From contig CAMKES010000010.1 in assembly GCA_946411635.1 (NCBI GenBank), positions 6,446 through 70,445 of the forward strand: 64,000 nt of DNA, written 5' to 3'. Shown piece after piece: positions 9,473 through 18,966 of this stretch; the first letter of the stretch is position 1, and each line of letters starts with the position of its first letter. This DNA comes from an uncultured Clostridia bacterium (GTDB lineage Bacteria; Bacillota; Clostridia; Christensenellales; CAG-138). The position numbers and the translations under genes are program-made. The notes under the pieces are model-generated. The model did no database searches, had not been told where the DNA came from, and worked only from the letters and a program-made list of their open reading frames with translations.

Positions 9473-11692
9473 ATGGATCTTTCGAACCTGAATCCGCAGC
9501 AGCGCGAAGCCGTGACGACGACCGAAGGGCCGCTTCTGATCCTTGCCGGCGCGGGCAGCGGAAAAACGCGCGTGCTGACGCACCGAATCGCCTACCTGAT
9601 CGAAGAAAAGGGCGTTCCCCCTTACCGTATCCTTGCGCTGACGTTTACGAACAAGGCCGCGAAAGAAATGCGCGAGCGCGTCGACGCGCTCGTCGAGGCC
9701 GACGCGCGCTCCATCTGGGTCGCGACGTTTCACGGCTTCTGCGCAAGGCTGCTTTCGATGGAGATCGAGCGGCTCGGCTACGGAAAAGCGTTTATCATCT
9801 ACGACGAGCAGGACCAGCAGTCGCTGATCGGACACGTCATAAAGGACCTGAACCTGAACGACAAGGTCTATACCAAGCGCATGCTCGCCGGGATCTTTTC
9901 GGGCGCGAAGAACCACTCCCTTTCCCCGCTCGCATTCCTGCGCGAGACCGGACAGCCGGCGCCGGTCATCGACGCCTTCAAGCTCTATGAAAAGCGTTTG
10001 AAGGAAGCGAACGCGCTGGACTTTGACGATCTGCTTCTGATGACGATCCGGCTGTTCGAGGAGTTCCCTGACGTGCTTGAAAAGTACCGCGAACGCTTCC
10101 GCTACATCCTTGTCGACGAGTATCAGGATACGAACCTTGCGCAGTATCACATCGTGAATCTGCTCGCGAAGGTGCACCGGAATCTGTGCGTCGTCGGCGA
10201 CGACGACCAGAGCATTTACGCCTGGCGCGGCGCGGACATCCGCAACATCCTCGAGTTCGAAAAGGATTTCGAGGGATGCCGGGTCATCCGGCTCGAGCAG
10301 AACTACCGCTCGACCGAAACGATTCTCGACGCGGCGAACGCCGTGATCCGCAACAACAGAGACCGCAAGGAGAAAAAGCTCTGGACCGCCGAACGCGGCG
10401 GCGATCCGATCGACGTGCACGAGGCGACAGACGAGCGCGACGAAGCATATTACATCTGCTCGCGGATCGCAAACGGCGCGCGTGCGGGAGCGCGGTACGA
10501 CGATTACGCGATCCTGTACCGCACCCACGCGCAAAGCCGTGTGCTGGAAATGATGCTGAAAAGCTTCCTGATCCCCTACCGCGTTTACGGAGGCATCTCC
10601 TTCTTCTCGCGGGCCGAGGTCAAGGACATCCTTGCCTATCTCCGGCTGATCCTGAATCCCGCGGACGACGAAGCGTTCCTGCGCGTCGTCAATCTGCCCT
10701 CGCGCGGGATCGGCGCGCAAAGCATTCTCGCGCTTTCGGAAAACGCACACAGACGCGGCATTCCTCTGATGTCGGCCGTCATTTCCCCCGATGATCTTCC
10801 CGCACGGACCGCCGCGAAGTTCAGTCCGTTCCTCGATCTGTTCAAGAAGCAGTACGAGGCGTTCGGCACGATGCCGCTTGCGGACTTTACGCGCGGACTG
10901 CTCGAGGCGATCGGATACGACGCGTATCTGAAAGAAGATAAAAAGGAAAACTATGAGACGCGCGCGGAGACCGTCGAGGAGCTTTTGGGCTATATCGAAG
11001 AATTCGAAAACGGCTACAACGATCCGGACGGCGACGTGCTGCAGGCGTTTCTCACGAACGTCGCGCTGTTCTCGCAGGCCGACAACGTGGACGAAACGAA
11101 CGGCTGCGTCAATCTCATGACGCTGCATGCGGCAAAGGGACTGGAGTTCCCGAACGTGTTTCTCTGCGGACTCGAGGAAGGGCTGTTCCCCTCCGGCCAG
11201 TCCGTGTACGAGGAGGACCGTCTGGAGGAGGAACGGCGGCTGTGCTACGTCGGCATCACGCGCGCGAAAAAGCGCCTGTTCCTTTCCTATGCAAGGGAAC
11301 GCACGCTCTACGGAAGAACGGACGCCGCGCTTCCGTCGCGGTTCCTGACCGAGATGGAGGACGTGATCCGGCTTCCGGAGCGCCGCGCCGCCCGCACGTC
11401 CGAGTCGTACCGACGCGCCGCGTCCTTTGCGCCATCCGCATTCTCCGCGCCGATCCGCACGGAACCGCCGAAGCCCGCGCATGCCGATCTCGGGACGAAG
11501 CCGGAGCCCGCGAAGAAGGTGCAGGCGTTTGCCGGCAAGGTCGGAGACCGCGTGCGGCACAAGGTCTTCGGCGACGGTCTGATCCTCGGTCTTGAGGGCA
11601 GCGGCGCGTCGATGATCGTTCAGATCCGGTTTGACAACGGCGCAGTGAAAAAACTTGCGGCGGGGTTCGCTCCGCTGACGATATTGGAGTAA
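9473..11692 (+). CDS. pcrA: ATP-dependent DNA helicase PcrA (UvrD/Rep superfamily 1)
   Basis: 739 aa. Walker A AGAGSGKT is present. Motifs FTNKAAKEM, VDEYQDTN, QNYRST, MTLHAAKGLEF and VGITRAK are all present. Confidence 0.93.
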   Translation: MDLSNLNPQQREAVTTTEGPLLILAGAGSGKTRVLTHRIAYLIEEKGVPPYRILALTFTNKAAKEMRERVDALVEADARSIWVATFHGFCARLLSMEIERLGYGKAFIIYDEQDQQSLIGHVIKDLNLNDKVYTKRMLAGIFSGAKNHSLSPLAFLRETGQPAPVIDAFKLYEKRLKEANALDFDDLLLMTIRLFEEFPDVLEKYRERFRYILVDEYQDTNLAQYHIVNLLAKVHRNLCVVGDDDQSIYAWRGADIRNILEFEKDFEGCRVIRLEQNYRSTETILDAANAVIRNNRDRKEKKLWTAERGGDPIDVHEATDERDEAYYICSRIANGARAGARYDDYAILYRTHAQSRVLEMMLKSFLIPYRVYGGISFFSRAEVKDILAYLRLILNPADDEAFLRVVNLPSRGIGAQSILALSENAHRRGIPLMSAVISPDDLPARTAAKFSPFLDLFKKQYEAFGTMPLADFTRGLLEAIGYDAYLKEDKKENYETRAETVEELLGYIEEFENGYNDPDGDVLQAFLTNVALFSQADNVDETNGCVNLMTLHAAKGLEFPNVFLCGLEEGLFPSGQSVYEEDRLEEERRLCYVGITRAKKRLFLSYARERTLYGRTDAALPSRFLTEMEDVIRLPERRAARTSESYRRAASFAPSAFSAPIRTEPPKPAHADLGTKPEPAKKVQAFAGKVGDRVRHKVFGDGLILGLEGSGASMIVQIRFDNGAVKKLAAGFAPLTILE

Positions 11693-11695
11693 AGC

Positions 11696-13645
11696 ATGGA
11701 TCGACAGAAAGAACTCGTTGCAATTCTGAACCGGTATGCGGCCGCATATTACGAGCAGGACGCGCCGCTCGTTTCCGACGCGGAGTACGACAGGCTGTAC
11801 GACGAGCTGCTGAAGCTCGAATCGGAAAGCGGCGTCGTACTGCCGGACAGCCCCACGCTGCGCGTCGGCGGCGCGCCGCTCAAAAGCTTTGCGCAGCACG
11901 TGCACCTCGGCAGGCTCTGGAGTCTTGACAAGGTCCGAACGCGCGAAGGGCTTCTTGATTTCGTCCGAAAGGTCACGGACGCCTCCCCGACGCCTCCGCT
12001 CTTTGCTCTCGAATACAAGTTCGACGGTCTGACTGTGAACCTGACGTACGAGAACGGCGTGCTCGTGCAGGGCGCGACGCGCGGCAACGGCGTCGTAGGC
12101 GAAGCGATCCTGCCGCAGATCCGCACGATCCGCGGCGTGCCTCTCACGATCCCGTTCAAAGGACGAATGGAGGTACAGGGCGAGTGCATCATGCGGCTGA
12201 GCGTTCTGGACGCCTATAACCGCACCGCCTCCGAGCCGCTGAAAAACGCGCGCAACGCCGCGGCAGGCGCATTGCGCAATCTCGATCCGGCCGTGACCGC
12301 CGCGCGGAAGCTTGACGTGTTCTGTTACAACGTCGGGTATATCGAGGGAAAAGAGCTGCACGATCAGAAGGAGATGCTCGATTTCCTGAAGGAGAACGGG
12401 TTGCCCGTCTGTCCGTTCGTCCGCTGGCTCAGAACGCCCGACGAGATCATGCACGAGATCGACCTCGCCGAGCAGCGCCGCGATTCGCTCGATTTTCTGA
12501 TCGACGGCATGGTCGTGAAGGTCACGGATTTCGCGCTGCGCGAAGCGCTCGGCGCGACCGAGAAATTCCCGCGCTGGGCGATGGCGTACAAGTTCGCCGC
12601 GGAAGAGCTGACCGCGACGGTGACCGACGTTACCTGGGAGGTCGGACGGACCGGCAAGCTGACGCCGCTTGCGCACATCGAGCCGGTCGAATTCTCCGGC
12701 GTGACCGTACGCAAGGCGACGCTGAACAACTGGGACGACGTGCAGAGAAAGCGCGTCGGCATCGGTTCCCGCGTATTCATCCGCCGCAGCAACGACGTGA
12801 TCCCCGAGATCCTCGGCGCCGTGCCGGACGATACGCCGCTCCGTCCCGTCGAAAAGCCGTCCGTCTGTCCGCAGTGCGGCGCGCACGTGGAGATGCGCGG
12901 CGCGCACCTGTACTGCACGAACTCGCTGTCCTGCCGTCCCCAGATCGCGGCGCGGCTTTCGCACTACGCCTCGCGCGACGCGATGGACATCGACACGTTT
13001 GCCGGAAAAACCGCCGAACAGCTGATTGACGCGTTCGGTATCCGTACGATCCCCGAGTTGTACGCGCTCTCGCACGAGCAGTTGTCCGCGCTCGACCGGT
13101 TCGGCGATAAGAAAGCAAAGAACCTCATCGACGCGCTGGAAGCGAGCAAGCACCGTCCCCTCCCTGCGTTTCTCTATGCGCTCGGGATCCCGAACGTCGG
13201 AACAAAGACGGCGAAGGATCTCGCGCGGCACTTCGGTACGCTCGCCGCGCTGCGCGCCGCGTCCGAGGCGGAGCTGTCCGAGATCGAAGACGTCGGTCCG
13301 GTCGTTGCAAAGGACGTGTCGGACTTCTTCCGCGACGCGCGCATTGCGGCGCAGATCGACCGGCTTCTGGAACTCGGCGTACAGCCGGAGGAAACCGTTG
13401 CAGGCGACGCCGGCGATCTGCCTCTGAAGGGACTGACCGTCGTCATCACCGGAACGCTTTCCACGCTTTCCCGCCGCGATGCGGAGGCGCTGGTCGAAAC
13501 GAACGGCGGAAAAGCCGCCGGCAGCGTTTCGAAGAAAACCGCCTTTGTCGTTGTCGGCGAGAACGCCGGAAGCAAGGCGGATAAAGCGAAAGAACTCGGC
13601 ATTCCGATGCTGACCGAAGAAGAATTTTTGAAACGGATCGAATGA
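11696..13645 (+). CDS. ligA: NAD-dependent DNA ligase
   Basis: 649 aa. It has the adenylation motif EYKFDGL, a Zn-finger (CPQCGAHVE..YCTN), HhH repeats and a C-terminal BRCT (GLTVVITGTL). Confidence 0.95.
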   Translation: MDRQKELVAILNRYAAAYYEQDAPLVSDAEYDRLYDELLKLESESGVVLPDSPTLRVGGAPLKSFAQHVHLGRLWSLDKVRTREGLLDFVRKVTDASPTPPLFALEYKFDGLTVNLTYENGVLVQGATRGNGVVGEAILPQIRTIRGVPLTIPFKGRMEVQGECIMRLSVLDAYNRTASEPLKNARNAAAGALRNLDPAVTAARKLDVFCYNVGYIEGKELHDQKEMLDFLKENGLPVCPFVRWLRTPDEIMHEIDLAEQRRDSLDFLIDGMVVKVTDFALREALGATEKFPRWAMAYKFAAEELTATVTDVTWEVGRTGKLTPLAHIEPVEFSGVTVRKATLNNWDDVQRKRVGIGSRVFIRRSNDVIPEILGAVPDDTPLRPVEKPSVCPQCGAHVEMRGAHLYCTNSLSCRPQIAARLSHYASRDAMDIDTFAGKTAEQLIDAFGIRTIPELYALSHEQLSALDRFGDKKAKNLIDALEASKHRPLPAFLYALGIPNVGTKTAKDLARHFGTLAALRAASEAELSEIEDVGPVVAKDVSDFFRDARIAAQIDRLLELGVQPEETVAGDAGDLPLKGLTVVITGTLSTLSRRDAEALVETNGGKAAGSVSKKTAFVVVGENAGSKADKAKELGIPMLTEEEFLKRIE

Positions 13646-14607
13646 TGAAACCCGGAAAACTGAACAACGATACACTGGAAAAGCTCATACTGAGCCGCTT
13701 TCGGAAAACGCGGCCCGAATCGTTCGGACCGCCCCGGATCGGAATGGACTGCGCCATGCTCGATTTCGGCGATCAGCTGATCGTCACGAGCTGCGACCCG
13801 ATCACAAGCGCGGACGCGCGGCATATCGGCGCACTTTCCGTGCACGTCAACTGCAACGACGCCGCAGCAGGCGGCGCGGAGCCGGTCGCACTTCTGGTCA
13901 CGCTGCTGCTTCCGCCGCATGAAACGGAGGAGACCGTCGCGCGGGTCGCGGAGGATCTTGCGGACGCGGCGGAGCGGGCCGGCGTGGATATCATCGGCGG
14001 GCATACCGAGATCACCGACGCCGTGACGCGTGTAACGACCTGCACGACCGTTCTTGCGAAAACGCCGCGAAACGGCGTTCTTTCCGGCGTTCGTCCGGGC
14101 GATGCGATCGTCATGACCAAATGGGCGGGTCTCGAGGGCACCATGCTGATCGCAGAGGAACGCGAGGCGATGCTCCGGGACGTTCCCGGGGAAATGATCG
14201 ACCGCGCAAAACGGCTTTCCCGGCATCTTTCCGTCGTACCCGAAAGCCGGATCGCGCTCGCAAACGGTGCGCACGCCATGCACGACGCAACGGAAGGCGG
14301 CGTATTCGGCGCGGTGTGGGAACTTGCCGCGCAGAACGGCTGCGGCGCGACCGTCGACCGCGGCTCGGTCCCGATCCTTCCCGAAACGATTTCGATCTGC
14401 CGGGCGACAGGGCTCGATCCGTTCCGGTTGATGTCGAGCGGTTCCCTTCTGATCGCGTGCGAAGACGGCGCCGCAATGACGGACGCGCTGCATGCGGCCG
14501 GCATTCCCGCCGCCCCGATCGGACGGATCACGGCTTCCGGATTTGCGGAATCGGACGGCTCCCCGCTCGCGCCGCCGGGTGCGGACGAGCTGTACCGGCT
14601 CTTTTAA
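13642..14607 (+). CDS. AIR synthase-related (PurM/HypE/ThiL-fold) protein
   Basis: 321 aa. DCAMLD..SCDPIT..NDAAAGGAEP..GGHTEIT motifs are typical of the PurM-like ATP-grasp family. The start overlaps the ligA stop (ATGA). Confidence 0.7.
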   Translation: MMKPGKLNNDTLEKLILSRFRKTRPESFGPPRIGMDCAMLDFGDQLIVTSCDPITSADARHIGALSVHVNCNDAAAGGAEPVALLVTLLLPPHETEETVARVAEDLADAAERAGVDIIGGHTEITDAVTRVTTCTTVLAKTPRNGVLSGVRPGDAIVMTKWAGLEGTMLIAEEREAMLRDVPGEMIDRAKRLSRHLSVVPESRIALANGAHAMHDATEGGVFGAVWELAAQNGCGATVDRGSVPILPETISICRATGLDPFRLMSSGSLLIACEDGAAMTDALHAAGIPAAPIGRITASGFAESDGSPLAPPGADELYRLF

Positions 14608-14621
14608 CGGATAAACGTCAG

Positions 14622-14648
14622 AAAAACAAGCTTCGGGCTTGTTTTTTT
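14622..14648 (+). terminator. Rho-independent terminator after the AIR synthase-like gene
   Basis: Stem ACAAGC, loop TTCGG, stem GCTTGT, followed by T7. Confidence 0.7.
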
Positions 14649-14690
14649 GATACGGACTGTGTTATAATTCAAATTTGTGGAGGTATGTGT

Positions 14691-15566
14691 ATGAAAAGCA
14701 TGACCGGGTACGGCAAGGGCGTCGCGTCGCAGGACGGACGCGAACTCACCGTTGAACTGAAAAGCGTCAATCATCGGTTTCTCGACGTATCGATGCGTCT
14801 TCCCCGCGTGCTTTCCTGCATTGAAGATCCGCTCCGGTCCGAGATCGGAAAGCGTCTGAGCCGCGGACACGTGGACGTGTTCGTCAACTACCGCAACACG
14901 CGCAACGATGCGAAGAGCGTTCGCGTTGACGAAACGCTGCTCTCCGCGTACGTGAAAGCCGCGCGCGAAGCGAACGCTTCCCTGTCGCTTCGGGACGATC
15001 TGACGCTGGCCTGCGTGCTGCGTCTTCCCGACGTGACCGAGATTATCTCCTCCGAGGAAGACAACGACGCGCTGATCCGGCTCGCCGTCGAAGCCGCGGG
15101 ACGTGCGCTCGACGCGCTCGTCGCCATGCGGGAAGCGGAGGGCAGACGCCTTCAGACCGCGCTGGAAGCCGGCGTCGCAAATATGGACGGATTCCGCGAG
15201 CAGATCCTTGCGCGCGCGCCGTTCGTTCCCGAGGACTATCGGAAGAAGCTGAACGAGCGTATCGAATCGGTCCTGACGGACGCGGAGATCGACCGCGCGC
15301 GGCTCGCGACCGAGGTCGCTCTGTTCGCCGACCGCTGCTGCATTGACGAAGAGCTCGTCCGGCTCAAGAGTCATATCGCGCAGTTCAGAACGTATCTGTT
15401 ATCCGACGAACCCGTCGGCAGAAATATGGATTTCATCGTGCAGGAAATGAACCGCGAATGCAATACGATCGGCAGCAAAGCGAACGATTCCGTTCTGACC
15501 GCCGCCGTGCTCGCCTGCAAAGCGGAGATCGAGAAACTGCGCGAGCAGATCCAGAACGTGGAGTGA
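14691..15566 (+). CDS. yicC: YicC family stress-induced protein
   Basis: True start is at [10 protein letters not shown] (GGAGG upstream). [11 protein letters not shown] and the C-terminal [13 protein letters not shown] are YicC hallmarks. The 481-aa ORF in the track is an upstream in-frame extension. Confidence 0.88.
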   Translation: MKSMTGYGKGVASQDGRELTVELKSVNHRFLDVSMRLPRVLSCIEDPLRSEIGKRLSRGHVDVFVNYRNTRNDAKSVRVDETLLSAYVKAAREANASLSLRDDLTLACVLRLPDVTEIISSEEDNDALIRLAVEAAGRALDALVAMREAEGRRLQTALEAGVANMDGFREQILARAPFVPEDYRKKLNERIESVLTDAEIDRARLATEVALFADRCCIDEELVRLKSHIAQFRTYLLSDEPVGRNMDFIVQEMNRECNTIGSKANDSVLTAAVLACKAEIEKLREQIQNVE

Positions 15567-15570
15567 CGGC

Positions 15571-15834
15571 ATGGCGAAGGATCAGGGTCTTGTTTCCGTA
15601 GGATTCGGAAACATCGTTTCCGCAGCGCGGATCATCGCGCTCGTCGTTCCGGAATCCGCTCCCGTCAAGCGTCTCATTCAGGACGCGCGTGAGCGCAGGC
15701 TACTGATCGATGCGAGCTGCGGCAGAAAAACGCGTTCCGTTCTCGTGATGGACAGCGGACACGTCGTTCTGTCCGCCCTGCAGTCCGAAACGATCGCGCG
15801 GCGCATGAACGCCGAATGGAATACGGAGGAATAA
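15571..15834 (+). CDS. remA: RemA/DUF370 family regulatory protein
   Basis: 87 aa. [32 protein letters not shown]-like sequence. It occupies the conserved position before gmk. Confidence 0.88.
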   Translation: MAKDQGLVSVGFGNIVSAARIIALVVPESAPVKRLIQDARERRLLIDASCGRKTRSVLVMDSGHVVLSALQSETIARRMNAEWNTEE

Positions 15835-15844
15835 GGAGAATCGT

Positions 15845-16471
15845 ATGGCCAGGAAGAAAAAGGGACTTCTGCTCGTGGTTTCCGGTCCGGCAGGCGTCGG
15901 AAAGGGCACGGTCAACGCAGAGCTGATGCGGCGGCATCCGGAGATCAGAATGTCGGTTTCCGCCACGACGCGCGCGCCGCGTCCCGGCGAGATCGACGGC
16001 GTGCACTACTTCTTCCGCACGAAGGAAGAGTTCGACCGGATGATCGAAGAAAACGCGTTTCTGGAATACATGCACGTTTTCGGCATGAACTATTACGGAA
16101 CGCCGCGCGCGTTCGTGGATGCGGAGCGTGAAAAAGGCAATCACGTCATTCTCGAGATCGACGTGAAGGGCGCGATGCGGGTAAAGGAAACATGCCCCGA
16201 CGCGGTGCTCGTGTTCATCGCTCCCCCGTCCCTGAAGATCCTCAAGGACCGGCTCGTGGGACGCGGGACCGAAACGCAGGAATCGATCGACGTGCGGACC
16301 GCAACCGCGCTTGAAGAACTCAAACTGCTTCCGAAATACGACTACATGGTCATTAACGACGTCGTGGACGAAGCCGTTTCCGAAATGGAATGCATTCTGA
16401 CCGCGGAGCTCTGCCGAACGGACAGAAATCATGATCTGATCAACAAATTGACAGGAGGCGAAACGATATGA
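15845..16471 (+). CDS. gmk: Guanylate kinase
   Basis: 208 aa. P-loop SGPAGVGKGT is present. The TTRAPRPGE..GVHYFF motif is present. Confidence 0.95.
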   Translation: MARKKKGLLLVVSGPAGVGKGTVNAELMRRHPEIRMSVSATTRAPRPGEIDGVHYFFRTKEEFDRMIEENAFLEYMHVFGMNYYGTPRAFVDAEREKGNHVILEIDVKGAMRVKETCPDAVLVFIAPPSLKILKDRLVGRGTETQESIDVRTATALEELKLLPKYDYMVINDVVDEAVSEMECILTAELCRTDRNHDLINKLTGGETI

Positions 16472-16662
16472 TGAATTATCCGTCTTTGAACGAGCTGGTT
16501 CAGAAGGCCGGCTGCCGCTACATGCTGGTGACCGCCGTCGCGAACCGCGCGCGTCAGCTCCAGGACCATCCGGAGAAGCTGGGAATGAACAAACCCGTTT
16601 CGATGGCAGTGGACGAACTGTATCACGATAAACTGATCCTGAACGCACCGAAAGAAAACTGA
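16468..16662 (+). CDS. rpoZ: DNA-directed RNA polymerase subunit omega
   Basis: 64 aa. YMLVTAVANRARQL motif is present. It occupies the conserved gmk-rpoZ position. Confidence 0.88.
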   Translation: MMNYPSLNELVQKAGCRYMLVTAVANRARQLQDHPEKLGMNKPVSMAVDELYHDKLILNAPKEN

Positions 16663-16727
16663 ACGGTTTCTTTCCGCCCGTTGCGTTCCCGTAACGGGCT
16701 TATTTCATTCTTGAGGAGGATTATCCC

Positions 16728-18965
16728 TTGTTCGCCGAGGTGATCGTCGACATTGCGCATACCGCCGTGGATCGCAGATTCACCTATCGCGTTCCCGATG
16801 AGCTTCCCGTTGCCGCCGGGCACCGTGTTCTGGTCCCGTTCGGGCTGGGAGACCATCTGAAGGAAGGCTTTGTCGTCGCGCTCAAAGACGAATCCGATTA
16901 CCCGGACGTCAAGGAGATCCGAAAGCTGATCGAGCCCTACCCCGTCCTCCTCAAAGAACAGATCGCGCTCGCCGAATGGATGCAGGAGGCGTATCACTGT
17001 CTGTTTGTGGACGCGCTGCGTCTGATGATCCCCGCGCAGATGCGCGGCATGCGGATCCGCGAGAAAAAAGTTCGCACGGTCGTCGTCCCCGACGGGCTCG
17101 ACGTGACCGCCGCGCTGGAAACGCTTAAGAAAGCGCCTGCTCAGAAACGGGTGCTCGAGCTTGCCGCAAAAATCGGCGCCGCGGTTTCCGTTCCGGATCT
17201 GAACGCGTTTTATCCGAACAGCACGGCCGCCGTCAACGCGCTGATCGCGCGCGGATACCTCGCCGAGAACAGCGCGGTCGTTTTCCGGCATCCGAAGAAG
17301 CTGACGCTTCACGCGCCGGCATACGAACTGACCGATGCGCAGAACACGGCCGCAAACGAGATCCGATCGGCGCTGGAGCGCGGCGCAGGCGACGTCCTGC
17401 TGCTGCACGGCGTGACCGGAAGCGGCAAAACGGAGGTCTACCTCAAAGCGATCGAGGACTGTCTGTCGGCAGGCAGGCAGGCGATCGTGCTCGTTCCGGA
17501 GATCTCGCTGACGCCGCAGACGGTCGGCAGATTCACCGGCCGGTTCGGCGATCGCATCGCGGTGCTGCACAGCCGGCTTTCCGCAGGCGAACGCTTCGAC
17601 GAGTGGCGGCGAATCCGCTTCGGGATCGCGGACATCGTGATCGGCGCGCGAAGCGCCGTGTTCGCCCCGCTCGAACGGCTCGGCCTGATCATCATCGACG
17701 AAGAGCATGAATCCAGTTACCAGAGCGAATCGCAGCCGCGTTATCTTGCGGGAGAGGTCGCCGCAAAACGGGTGCGCATGCAGAACGGCGCGCTCGTGCT
17801 CGGCAGCGCGACGCCGTCCCTGATGAGCTATTCCCGGGCGCTTTCCGGGAAATACAGGCTTCTGACGCTGCCCGCGCGGATCGCCGGACGATCGCTTCCG
17901 ACGGTCGAAGTGGTCAATATGCGCGACGAGCTGCTGATGGGAAACAACGGCATCTTCTCCGACCGGTTGACGGAGCGTCTGTCCGAGTGCCTGTCGAACG
18001 GGCAGCAGGCAATGCTGTTCATCAACCGGCGCGGGTACGCGACGTTCGTCAGCTGCCGCAATTGCGGATACGTCCTCAAATGCGATAACTGCGACATTTC
18101 GATGACGTACCATAAAACGGAGTCGCGCACACGCTGTCATTACTGCGGCGCCGTGAAGCCGCTGCCGAAGGAATGTCCGAACTGCAAAAAGCCGTTCATC
18201 AAACAATTCGGCATCGGGACCGAGCAGGTCGAGGAAACGGTGCATCGGCTCTTTCCGAGCGTTCGCACGCTGCGCATGGACACGGACACGATGCGCGAAA
18301 AGGGCAGCTATGAAAACCTGCTGTCCGCATTTCACCGCGGTGAAGCGCAGGTGCTGATCGGGACGCAGATGATCGCGAAGGGACACGATTTCCCGAACGT
18401 GACGCTCGTCGGCGTCGTGGCGGCGGATACGACCCTGAATCTGCCGGACTACCGCGCGCCGGAGCGAACGTTTCAGCTGCTGACGCAGGTCGCGGGCCGT
18501 GCGGGACGCGACAATCTTCCCGGACGCGTCGTGCTGCAGACGTACGAACCGAATCATCCGATCATCCGTTTCGCAAGGGAACAGGATTACGTCGGATTTT
18601 ACCATTACGAGATCATGGAGCGCAAAAAGCTGCTCTATCCCCCCTTCTCTCTGTTCATCCGCATCGTTTTTGCCGATCGGGACGAACGCACGGCGGAACG
18701 CGCATGTCTCGACTGCGCAAAATCGCTCGAGTCGGAACTGCGCGCCGTTCTCGGCGAAGAAGGCCGTCAGGATCTTCTGCTGCTCGTTGCGGCGGAAGCG
18801 CCGATCGCGCGGATCTCGGGTTTTTCCCGATATCAGATCCTTGTGAAGCTGCTTCGCACAAAGCGGCTGCGCGACGCGATCGGAACGACGGCGGCGTTTC
18901 ACGGAAGGCATCGTGAAGACTGTGCGGAGGTACAGATGGAAATCAACCCGCAGGAGATGTTTTGA
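16728..18965 (+). CDS. priA: Primosomal replication-restart helicase PriA
   Basis: 745 aa with a TTG start 8 nt after GAGGAGG. Walker A GVTGSGKTEVY is present. A DEEH box is present. A Cys-rich Zn-binding insert is present (CRNCGY..CDNC..CHYCG..CPNC). Confidence 0.93.
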   Translation: MFAEVIVDIAHTAVDRRFTYRVPDELPVAAGHRVLVPFGLGDHLKEGFVVALKDESDYPDVKEIRKLIEPYPVLLKEQIALAEWMQEAYHCLFVDALRLMIPAQMRGMRIREKKVRTVVVPDGLDVTAALETLKKAPAQKRVLELAAKIGAAVSVPDLNAFYPNSTAAVNALIARGYLAENSAVVFRHPKKLTLHAPAYELTDAQNTAANEIRSALERGAGDVLLLHGVTGSGKTEVYLKAIEDCLSAGRQAIVLVPEISLTPQTVGRFTGRFGDRIAVLHSRLSAGERFDEWRRIRFGIADIVIGARSAVFAPLERLGLIIIDEEHESSYQSESQPRYLAGEVAAKRVRMQNGALVLGSATPSLMSYSRALSGKYRLLTLPARIAGRSLPTVEVVNMRDELLMGNNGIFSDRLTERLSECLSNGQQAMLFINRRGYATFVSCRNCGYVLKCDNCDISMTYHKTESRTRCHYCGAVKPLPKECPNCKKPFIKQFGIGTEQVEETVHRLFPSVRTLRMDTDTMREKGSYENLLSAFHRGEAQVLIGTQMIAKGHDFPNVTLVGVVAADTTLNLPDYRAPERTFQLLTQVAGRAGRDNLPGRVVLQTYEPNHPIIRFAREQDYVGFYHYEIMERKKLLYPPFSLFIRIVFADRDERTAERACLDCAKSLESELRAVLGEEGRQDLLLLVAAEAPIARISGFSRYQILVKLLRTKRLRDAIGTTAAFHGRHREDCAEVQMEINPQEMF

Positions 18966-18966
18966 T

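Noticed and set aside
8843-13675. 1610-aa ORF on the minus strand, the longest ORF in the track.
   Set aside because: It runs antisense to the well-supported DUF4364-like, pcrA, ligA and AIR-synthase-like genes. Its translation is Arg/Ala/Gly/Val-rich low-information sequence with no recognisable motifs. This is a typical stop-codon-poor antisense frame in high-G+C DNA.
14121-14690. N-terminal 190-aa extension of the YicC ORF (481-aa version).
   Set aside because: The extension overlaps the AIR-synthase-like gene and a terminator. GGAGG followed by ATG at 14691 gives a normal-length YicC starting [10 protein letters not shown].
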